The translations under genes and the position numbers were made by a program. Below, one piece after another: positions 54,227-64,000 of a stretch of DNA of 64,000 nucleotides. How positions within the stretch are numbered: position 1 is the first letter of the stretch; each line of letters begins with the position of its first letter. The stretch is taken from NCBI RefSeq assembly GCF_006345805.1, contig NC_042999.1, positions 54,622,001-54,686,000 on the forward strand. The letters run 5' to 3'. Source of the DNA: Octopus sinensis. Lineage: Eukaryota. Below the pieces are notes generated by a model. The model worked only from the letters and a program-made list of their open reading frames with translations. It ran no database searches and had not been told where the DNA came from.

Positions 54227-54639
54227 CCACATTCCATCAGCTCTCGTATGCCCTAGGGTTCGCATTCGTATCTCCCCTCTTCCTCCTATACATGAACACA
54301 CTACACATCGTCACCCCCTCCAACGACGCCCATCTCTACTTAATGACATAACCACCCTTCACCCCATCAACTTCTGCACAATGACGTCATTCACCCCTCT
54401 ACACTTCACAATAACTGTTCACCGATTCCATAGAAGAGAAATTGCGAATCAGGTTAGACCAATCTTGTTTCCTTCAACGACCCAAAGACAAATACTTGAA
54501 CAAAATGAAATTACACTGTAAATACTCCAGCGAATCCGCCAAGATCTCTGCTGATAAACTTTCATCCACAGCATACAACATGCATAAAACATACAAATCT
54601 GCACATATACATACATACAGAAAGACAAACAGACAGACA

Positions 54640-54990
54640 CATGGCTGTGTGGTAAGAACCACATTGTTCCGGGTTCAGTCCCACTACTTGGAACTTTGGG
54701 CAAGTGTCTTCTGTTATAGCCTCGGGCCACCACAGCCCTGTGAGTGGATTTGGTAGACGGAAACTGAAAGCCCGTCGTGAGAGTGTGTGTGTGTGTACCC
54801 CCGCCATTGCTTGACAACCAATGTCCGTGTGTTTATGTCCCTGAAACACTATCGGTTCGGCAAAAAAAAACGATAGAATAAGTACTAGGCTTACAAAGAA
54901 TAAGTCCTGGGATCGATTTCTTCGACTAAAGGACATGCTCCAGCATGGCCACAGTCAAATGACTGAAACAAGTAAAAGAATAAAAGAAAA
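54640..54990 (+). mobile_element. SINE family A
   Basis: ggctgtgtggtaagaac...ttgggcaagtgtcttctg...tgactgaaacaagtaaaag. Confidence 0.9.
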
Positions 54991-55153
54991 CACACACATA
55001 CACACACACAAACTTGTAAATGTTAAAATATGCTTGAGGCATATTTGAATCCGTAAAGAAGTCATTTACTGTATTTTCTCATGGAGAAAATTTCTCTTCG
55101 TAGACAAATAGGCGTAAAGACACCAAATTACTTTGAAGCGCCCTCTAACAAGA

Positions 55154-55201
55154 CTGATGCATACATGCATTTCAAAGTGGTTATCTCTTCTTCAGCATCA
55201 G
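55154..55201 (-). ncRNA. Hammerhead-like motif with a non-cleavable G17
   Basis: Minus strand: ctgatg CTGAAGA agag ataacca cttt GAA atgcatgtat G catcag. Confidence 0.5.
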
Positions 55202-55352
55202 ATACCAGAAAGAAGAACACTATGAAGTGACAAGAGATGGATATCTCTTATTATATTGCCGTCACCGTACTGTGACAAGTTGCGCTGATCGGTGAGTCGC
55301 CGTAAATAGAATAAGAGGGGAAAGCACTAAGCTATAATGTTATTAAAATTTA

Positions 55353-55453
55353 AAGTCGATCTCGGCGGAATTTGAACTAAGAACGTAAAGACGGGCGAAA
55401 TGCCGCTAAGCATTTTGCCCGGCATGCTAAAGATTCTGACAGCTCACCGCCTT
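55353..55453 (-). mobile_element. SINE family B 5' half
   Basis: aaagtcgatctcggcggaatttgaac...gacagctcaccgcc. Confidence 0.8.
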
Positions 55454-55501
55454 ATGAGGAATATCAATAAGGATAAGGTTCCAATGTGTATATCGTCAGT
55501 C

Positions 55502-55700
55502 AGGCAGTGAACTGGCAGAATCGTTAGAACGCTGGGCAAAATGATTCGCGGCATATCGTCCGTCTACGTTCAAATTCCGCCGAGGTCGACTTTGCCCTTC
55601 ATCCTTTCGGGGTCGATAAAATAAGAACCAGTTGTACATATATGTAAGCGACTTAGACCCAACGAAATTGCTGGCCTTGTGCCAAAATTTGAAACCAATA
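55502..55700 (+). mobile_element. SINE family B, diverged
   Basis: aggcagtgaactggcagaatcgttag...ttcatcctttcggggtcgataaaataag. Confidence 0.8.
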
Positions 55701-56243
55701 TTTAGGAACTGAAATGTGAAACAACGTCAGTATAAACTATTTCCCAACACCAATTGTATTTGAAACTGCGAACTAACTTTTTAAGGACCTGATTTCTTTA
55801 ATGAGGAATTTGAATGACCTACTTGAATTTCAGACAAGCCCTACACAATATTCATGGTTCAAATCATTTCAGGACTCCAAAACAGTTACATAATAGATAT
55901 ATCTGTGTAACATAGTACGAAGCTCTGCCAGAGAAGATGCTTTATAGAAAACCATGCAGGCGTTGGAAAAGGCTGCAGTTTGGCATTTTCCAAGCAAGAT
56001 GGAGAACCTCTTTGCTATTAATTCCTGTGTCTGTTTATCATTTATTCAATTCTCGGTAGCTTTGACATAATCACTGGGGAAATACGACTCAAGACGCTCT
56101 GTAACAAGCACAACAACGTCAAAAACAATGCAAAAACAATACAGAGTTTCCTTCTCATAGGCTTTCTTTCTGTTATGTATAACGAAACACTGAACACGCG
56201 TTGAAAAGAATCTTTAATGTCCTTGCTTGGTAAATGCCTTAAA

Positions 56244-56696
56244 TTCTTTTCTTCTCTAGGCACAAGGCCCGAAATTTATTTATTTCTTCATTGCCCACAG
56301 AGGGCTAAACATAGAGGGGACAATCAAGGAAAGACAAACGGATTAAGTCGATTACATCGACCCCAGTGCGTAACTGGTACTTATTTAATCAACTCCGAAA
56401 GGATGAAAGGCAAAGTCGACCTCGGCGGAGTTTGAACTCGGAATGTAATGGCAGACGAAATACCTATTTCTTTACTGCCCACAAGGGGCTACACACAGAG
56501 GGGACAAACAAGGACAGACAAAGGGATTAAGTCGATTATATCGACCCCAGTGCGTAACTGGTACATATTTAATCGACCCCGAAAGGATGAAAGGCAAAGT
56601 CGACCTATGCGGAATTTGAACTCAGAACGTAGCGGCAGACGAAATACCGCTTAGCGTTTCGCCCGCCGTGCTAACGTTTCTGCCAGCTCGCCGCCA
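56244..56696 (-). mobile_element. SINE family B dimer plus variant tail inside a 17-bp TSD
   Basis: ttggtaaatgccttaaa at 56227-56243 and 56697-56713. Confidence 0.9.
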
Positions 56697-56774
56697 TTGG
56701 TAAATGCCTTAAAGTGCGAAGACTGCCAGCTCCAGTTTGAACTACAATGTCAGAAATGTAAAATGTCTCTTTTT

Positions 56775-56990
56775 TTTTTATTTGTTTCAGTGATTAGACT
56801 GCGGCCATGCTAGGGCACAACCTTGAAAGGGTTTTAATCAAATGAATCGACCCAATTACATTTCGTTTTATTTCTATTTAAGCCTCCTACTTATTCTATT
56901 GGGAACTTTTACAGAACCGCTAAGTTACGCAGACGTAAACACACCAACATCGGTTATCAAGCGGTGGTGGGAGAGAAAAACAGCCACAAA
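56775..56990 (-). mobile_element. SINE family A 3' module
   Basis: ttgtttcagtgattagactgcggccatgc...gaaccgctaagttacg. Confidence 0.8.
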
Positions 56991-56997
56991 GACACAC

Positions 56998-57041
<44 letters not shown>

Positions 57042-57574
57042 GAAATATGTTACGAAAAGAAAATATAAAATACACGTGGAAATGTAAGGGTGAAATATGA
57101 AAAATCAACGAAAATGCATATTGCAAATAGAAAAAGGCTATTTATGACAGGTAACGACAAATATATACATTTAGATTGACTGAGGTAGTAATACGAGTCA
57201 TAAAAGTCATTATTATGAGATGATTATAAGATGATAATAAAGTAAGAGAACAAAACGAACCAATGGTTTACGCAAAGCTATTCATCGTTTGAACAACACC
57301 GGTTAATACCTATATATATATATATATACGACGGGCTTCTTTCAGTTTCTGTCTACCAGATCCACTCACACAAGGATTTGATTTGCCCGGGGTGTGTGAG
57401 TGAGTGTGTATGCGCGTATTCACTCAGCATCACTTCGAGTGATAATGATTTAACCCCAGGTTAGCTCTAATCCACTAGACTTGTATTTAAATGCACTCCA
57501 GCCATGACCTTCCTCCTATTCGCTATTGACATATATATCTAAGGCTATTCCGTTATTCAATGTGACCCCACTCT

Positions 57575-57640
57575 TAAGACTACAAGATGTTATTTGAGGG
57601 AGATTTGGCTGCTATTTCTAGCATGTTAAGTCACCCGATT
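57575..57640 (-). repeat. Fragment of a further dispersed repeat (also ~2352-2430 +, ~46190-46245 -, ~52385-52450 +)
   Basis: Shared motif tgctagaaatagcagc(c)aaat.tccctcaaat. Confidence 0.55.
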
Positions 57641-57744
57641 GCAGCTTTATGGCTACATATGGGGTGTTTGAAGGGAGGGGTGTAGGACAGTAGTTTGGGG
57701 CGGATGGCTGTACGTTCTGCTTTAACCTCGCGCCGACAAAAGAT

Positions 57745-58000
57745 TTGTGAGTGGATTGGATGGATGGAAACTGAACGAAGCCTGTCGTATGTGTGTGTGT
57801 GCGCGCACGTATCTGTGTGTTAGTCTCTGGTGATAACCGGTGTTGGTGTGCTTATGTCCCGGTAACTTAGCGGTTCAACAAAGAGACTGATAGAATAAGT
57901 ACCAAGCTTTAAAAAAATGTACTTAGGTCGATTTATTCGACTAATATTTCTTGAAGGCGGTGATCCAGCATGGCCGCACGACTGAAATAAGCAGAAAGAA
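57745..58000 (+). mobile_element. SINE family A, 5'-truncated and diverged
   Basis: ttgtgagtggat...ggaaactg...aaggcggtgatccagcatggccgc. Confidence 0.8.
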
Positions 58001-58249
58001 AGAAGAAAAAAGGGTAAATGTCCGCTTGTATGTATGCGTGTGTGCGTATAAATATGTGAACCAATGTGTGTGTGCGTATGGTCATCTTTCTATATGCAAG
58101 TGTATATGCGTGTGCGCTCTTATACAAGTAATGATATATATATATATGTAACTGATGAGTTTCGGCCATGTCGTCTAGCTTTCTTGTTATTGACCACTGG
58201 AGTGCTTCCACTTTCATAATGAGTTGCTTCGTATGGGGAGACCACAGTG

Positions 58250-60035
58250 GGGTCGGGCGAAAGTATTCAAGGTGGGATCAGGCAAAAGTAGAGTAGAGAA
58301 GGATGATAGTGTGACCGTAAAGTTCTCAGAATCCGGAAGCACATCTTGCGGACCAAGTTAGCCTTGCTGTTTACGTAGGAACTCCTGCTTAGATTGTTAT
58401 CAACAATTACTGCAAGGTCTTTGGTGTTGTTGGATGACACTAGGGAGTCGCCCGAGGGAAAAGCTTATGGTAATTTCAGAGTTTCCTCTTTTCCAAAGTG
58501 GATCAAATCAAACTTATCTTCATTTAGAAGCACATTGTTTTTTTTCCGCCCATTGGACAACAGCAAACAGATCCGAAGGCATGTTCGATCTCCCATACTG
58601 TTTATGGCTTTCTGGAGTTTGGAATCATCTGCAAAGATTTTCAATGTAGAATGTTTGATGACATCCACCATGTCATTGATGTAGATAATGAAGAGGAGTG
58701 GACCCAACACAGTACCTTGTGGGATACCTCTACTGACTTTGGCTGAGCTTAATCGTATTCCCTCAAACATGTGTTTTGTCCGTCAAGAAACACTTTAACC
58801 ACTGCAGCAGCTTTCCACGGACCCCAATGTTGGACAGTTTCTTCAGCAGGATTTTGTGGTCCACTCAGTCAAATGCCTTGCTAAATGGAGGTATGTGACG
58901 TCAATGTTGGAGCCTTCTCCCAACGCTTTTAAGATGTCATCAAAATGGCACAGAAGCTGCGACAGGCAGTCCCCGCCATCATGGACACCATGCTGGTTGG
59001 GGTTCAGCAGATTGTTGTCTTCGAGAAAGTGAGCTATTCGCGATCTCACCACCATCTCAAATACTTTAATGATATGAGGAGTGACATCGGTCGGTAGTTC
59101 ACTGGAAGAGGTTTGTTTCCCTTTTTGAAAACTGGAACGACAGACTGGGAAAGAAAATGATCGGAAATGTAGCCTGCATCAAGTAAGTTTCTCCAGAGCT
59201 CAGCTAGAGGGGGTGCAATTTGATGTCGACACATCTTCAGGACAATGGCCGGGAACTTATCGGGACCTTCTGCCGAGTTGTGCATGATCTTATTTATTTC
59301 TATTAGGATATCAGGAGCACCAAAAGTTGTCAGATATCATTAGTTGAGGGTTTACATCTCTGATACTAGCCAGATCAACCGCTTTAGCGTTATTGAAAAC
59401 AGAGCAGTATTGTCTCTGCAGTATCTCGCACATGGATTTTGCATCATCGTGTAGAATGTTGTTCTCATCAACCAGAGGACCAACAGTGGTAACAGCGTCT
59501 TTATGTTTTTTTGGGTTTTTTTTCAAATGAAAAGAACACTTTAGGATTAAGTCTTATTTTCTCAATGGCCCGACTCTCCTCAGCTGCTCTTTGTTTGTTA
59601 ATGATGATCATCATGTTTTTTTTTGGCGGTTGTGCTTTTTCGACTCGAGTGATGCAATAGCAGCCTAATGGTTGCAATTGTTGCTGGCAGTATTTAAGTT
59701 GGTTGATTTTTTGTTAATTCTTTCTATTTTTCTGATAATTGCTCTTCTATTTCTAGAGATTCTGCACTTAGATTTTTTTACTGATCTTAATGGAGTATGT
59801 TTTGCGTATATATTTGTTACAGTATCTACAAATATCTGCCATGAAATGCTTATGCTGGTGGGTGGAGTGCGTGCGTGAAGGCCCAATCAACTTGTGAAAG
59901 ATCATGATTGATCGCATCCCAGTCTGCGTTATGAAGATCCATAGTGTCATTGGATTTGATCTTTGGGTGGTAGAATCTCAAATCGCAGAGAATAATGTCA
60001 TGGTCTGAGAGTAGTGGCATTTCTTCTACTGCAAT
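58250..60035 (-). pseudogene. CR1/L2-like LINE ORF2 remnant, from the end of the APE endonuclease through RT
   Basis: Minus strand LSDHDII (APE SDH), GPDKFPAIVLK, PVFKKG..PVNYRP, LNPNQHG, GIPQGTVLGPLLFIIYIND, FADDSKL; many frameshifts. Confidence 0.9.
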
Positions 60036-60044
60036 ATATATACG

Positions 60045-60103
<59 letters not shown>

Positions 60104-60108
<5 letters not shown>

Positions 60109-60262
60109 GCGTAAAATAAGGGGTCACTTCTAAGTGGACATCCAATATGCTAGAAGAAGATCACCTACGATCTAACCACAAAGATCGTAGTTAGATCGTA
60201 TGTAATCTTCTTCTAGCATATTGGATGTCCACTTAGTGGTCATCCCTTATTATACGCATGTA
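60104..60262. mobile_element. 159-bp foldback element; right arm also found alone at ~7926-7980 and ~21990-22045
   Basis: tacatgcgtaaaataaggg...taagtggacatccaatatgctagaagaagat...ctaac [13 nt] gttag...atcttcttctagcatattggatgtccactta...cccttattatacgcatgta. Confidence 0.85.
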
Positions 60263-60433
60263 TTACAATTTTTCTGAATTTTCGGATTTTTCTATATGCT
60301 AGGCTACTGGTTTTAAATTGATGTTAAATAAATCAATATTCAATTTATCACCCTCATCATTTAAATTTTACACACACACACACGCACATATATATATATA
60401 TATATTATATATATATATATTATTATTATTATA

Positions 60434-60559
60434 TGTAGAAAAATACAAACTGGGACAAGAACGCAAAACACTTAGAAGACGATACAAAAAACACGGACGG
60501 GACATTCGAAGCCCTCAATCTTCAGTCAAGAACCGGATCATCGTAGCAATTTCGGCTGA

Positions 60560-60563
<4 letters not shown>
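60434..60563 (-). repeat. Inverted copy of the 342-470 repeat
   Basis: See 342-470. Confidence 0.7.
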
Positions 60564-60608
<45 letters not shown>

Positions 60609-60669
60609 TTTCGGTGCAAATGGTTTGTTATACGGCGCCGTATTTTACAATCTTGTAAATAATAATAAT

Positions 60670-60934
60670 GGTATTTTTATATAAGCTTAAAGCTTATGGT
60701 AATCACCGTGCAATGACTAAGGAAAATAGTCTAATAAAGGGGCATATAGGACCTCGACAGAAAAGAGAAGGTAGCACACTTAGTCGCGTTAACAAAGGGA
60801 TGTGGGTTCGCATTCCACGCAGATAGGAAAGCCTTCTTTTTTTCTGTCGAGGGCGTATATGCCCCGTTATTAGACTATTTTCTTTAGTCATTGCAAGGTG
60901 ATCGCCATAAGCTATAAGCATATATAAAAATATC
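60670..60934. mobile_element. 265-bp foldback element, ~100-bp arms and 60-nt loop
   Basis: ggtatttttatataagctt...tcgacagaaaagagaagg [60772-60831] ccttcttttttctgtcga...aagcatatataaaaatatc. Confidence 0.85.
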
Positions 60935-61438
60935 ATATATTATTATTATTATTATTATATTGGAGGAAAAATCAAGGCAGAACAAGTATCTCAAGTCATT
61001 TAGAATAGTTTAATTAGGGTAAGGTGAATTTGAAGCCTCACAGCCGTTTCTGGGGTAACCCCAAGTGGTTGGTTAGCTGTGATCTTAGAACCTGGCGGTC
61101 GACCAACCCAGCACGCCTATTCGTTTAGATCATAAATGAACGAAAACCCTCATATTCTTTATATATATATTATAATGGGGAGGGGGGCGGTTTATGGGAC
61201 TACCTTGGGTTTCTCGCTCATAAAGGGTTTAGCCTTACAGCATATCTTCAGACTCCCGAACACCTCATAAACCAGTCTCTGCCATTATCATATTAACTGC
61301 TCTACATCTTAGAGTGTGTTTCTCCTCCGGATTTATGTATTTCTACAAACGATATATATGTGCGTGTGTGTGTGTGTCTGTGCGTGTGTGTGTATGTGTT
61401 TGTGTGTGTGTGCGTGCGTGCGTGTGTGTTTGTGTATA

Positions 61439-61641
61439 GGCGCAGGAGTGGATGTGTGGTAAGTAGCTTGCTTACCGACCACATGGTTCCGAGTTCTGTC
61501 CCACTGCGTGGCACCTTAGGCAGGTGTCTTCTACTATAGCCTCGTGAGTGGATTCGGTAGACGGAAACTGAAAGAAGCCCGTCGTAGATATCTATCTATC
61601 TATCTATATATATATATATTATATATATATATATAATATAT

Positions 61642-61687
<46 letters not shown>

Positions 61688-61878
61688 TCCCCCACCATCG
61701 CTTGACAACCGATGCTGGTATGTTTGCGTCCCCGTAACTTAGCGGTTTGGCAAAAAGAGAACGGATAGAATAAGTACTAGGCTTACAGAGAATAAGTCAC
61801 GGAGTCGATATGCTCGACTAAAGGCGGTGCTCCAGCATGGCTGCAGTCAAATGACTGATAAGTATAAAAGAATAAATA
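61439..61878 (+). mobile_element. SINE family A, full length
   Basis: ggcgcaggagtggatgtgtggtaagtagc...caccttaggcaggtgtc...ccagcatggctgcagtcaaatgactg. Confidence 0.9.
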
Positions 61879-61954
61879 GGTCTACTTTTTTATATGCTGG
61901 CCACTAATAAAATATAATTAAAAAATTTTCCTTAATTATATATTCTGGGTGTAT

Positions 61955-61988
<34 letters not shown>

Positions 61989-62227
61989 TTGAGTTTGTGT
62001 ATTAATGTTTACGAAGATAAAATATAATGTATAAAAGTGTATATATATTTCCAGTTAGTCAGTGTCTGTGTTTGAATGAGTGTGTGTGTGTGTGAATATG
62101 TGCGCGTTTAAGTGTTGTTATGTACGGAGCCGATATTAAAATTGTGAACGTCCCCTGTTACCGTGTGTGTATGTATATAAAGGTGTGCTTGTATCTACGT
62201 ATATGTGTGCATATGTATATAAATATA

Positions 62228-62423
62228 TTTCTTTACTACCTACAAGGGGCTAAACTTAGAGGGGACAAACAAGGACTGACAAACTGATTAAGTCGATTAC
62301 ATCGACCTCAGTACGTAACTGGTACTTAATTCATCGACCCCGAAAGGATGAAAGGCAAAGTCGACCTCGGCGGAATTTGAACCCAGAACGTAACGGCAGC
62401 TTGAACCCAGAACGTAACGGCAG
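62228..62423 (-). mobile_element. SINE family B, 5'-truncated, with a 23-bp duplication at the junction
   Basis: ttgaacccagaacgtaacggcag at 62377-62399 and 62401-62423. Confidence 0.9.
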
Positions 62424-64000
62424 TGTACTTGTGTGTATGTGTGTGTGTGAGCATGGATATAAAACTGCGCTTGCACGTACGCCCGTATGTATAGATACGT
62501 GTATCCGTGTGTCCGTTTATCTGTGTGCATATAGCTATCATCGTCCGCTTTCGTGTGTGTATGTGTGTGTGTGTACGTCTGGCTATAAATATATACTTGT
62601 ATGTGCGTCTGTCAGTGTGTGTGTGTGTATATGTGCGCAATTATAAATATACGCTTGTCTGTACTGCTGTGTATATATGTGTATAAGTGCGCACACGCGT
62701 GTGTGTGTCAATATAAATGTGTGCTTGTATGAACGTATGTGTGTGTGTGTGTTAATATCCGTCTGTGTAAACGAGGCTGAACCATCTATTAGTACCACAT
62801 GTGAAGCCAGTCCTCTCCGTCACCACCACCATCGTGTCTTGTGCTGGGCTGGAAGTGAAGAAGCACAACAGTTTGTCGTCGTCGTTGTCGTCGTCATTGA
62901 CTAAGTTCGGCGGATTAGCTCTGTCACACACCGGCCCCCGACTAAGCAGTGAAAAAAAAAAACAAAAAAAAAGAACAGAAACACCTCCTTCCTTTACATT
63001 ACTAACTAAGTACGACTTCACTATCAAACCACCACATTAGTAGTTGATCTTACCAGTGCAATATTTATAATATTTATACACACACACACAAGCACATACA
63101 CACACGCGCGCGAGGAGGACGTTTGGCATTCGAACTGAACACAAACTTTTACACCGCCTTCGAAGTTTGATGGGACAAAAACGGTGATAAACAAAAGGTA
63201 AAGCGAAAGTTTTTTAATAAACTTTCTTTACTTCGGGGAAGAAAAAAAAAGAGGAGTTAAAACAAAATAGGAAATGCCTTAAATATTAGATATTTAAATT
63301 TAAAAAAAAAAGACATATATATATTTACAATTCACTCACGTGTCCACATTGGACGAGTGTAAAGACTGGTTTTGTCTTATCAGTAGCGGAGGAGTACTAC
63401 AGCCATCGTTGTTTTATCATCATCATCATCATCGGAGTATTGTAGTTAATCTTTTTTTTTTTTTTACCTTGAAACAAACAAAAGAAGAACAGGAGAACGA
63501 AGAGATTGTTTTTTATATTTTGTTTTTAAGGTTACCCTGTCCCCCACCTTCGCCAGAGAACATCAGAGAAAAGAAACAAAAGAAAGAGAGAGAGAGAAAG
63601 TAGTGAATGCCTTGGAGAAAGAAGGAGAGATAGCAGAGGTGAGAGAAAGAGGGGGAGAAGAAACTTTTAATGAAGCAGAGAGAGAGAAAAGAGAGAGAGA
63701 GACTGTAAGAGTGTGGCAGAAGGAAACCTGGGCCTGTGTGTTCTCTCTGTGTGTGAGAGAGAGAGTGTACTGTGAGCTATCAGCCGTGTGCTCTACTGCT
63801 TGTGTGGTTGTGTATATAAATATATATATATCTATATAATGTGTGTGTATTTTTGTAATTGTATCTGTAAGTTTGTGTATGTGTGAGCCCGGTTGTGCCG
63901 TATGTCGTGAGCTGGGCTGCTCTGGATGCGCAAACAAGGCGGCGGACTGGCGTTTACCTGCCGTCAATATATACTCACCAAAATGGTTCTACTATGGTCG

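Overview
AT-rich animal genomic DNA crowded with repeats and microsatellites, with no intact host protein-coding gene recognisable. The SINE families resemble those I recall from octopus, which is an inference and not a database result. Nearly all ORFs in the track are translations of (CA)n, (TA)n, (TATG)n or (AAT)n tracts. The real coding remnants are transposon debris: a frameshifted Chapaev/CMC-like transposase (2776-4400), three Tc1/mariner fragments, CR1/L2-like and RTE-like LINE pieces, and three different restriction-like-endonuclease (RLE) LINE 3' ends, two of them inside microsatellites. About 30 tRNA-headed SINE copies are present. The most notable signal is a set of mutually unrelated hammerhead-ribozyme motifs: one fully canonical type-I hammerhead at 13322-13418 (+) and about eight minimal, variant or decayed ones, mostly on the minus strand, of the kind associated with Penelope-like elements. 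Also present are several 160-280 bp foldback elements next to (TA)n, SINE multimers inside one 17-bp TSD, and a ~5 kb near-perfect palindrome (8152-13213) that may be a long-read artefact. All folds and alignments were done by eye.
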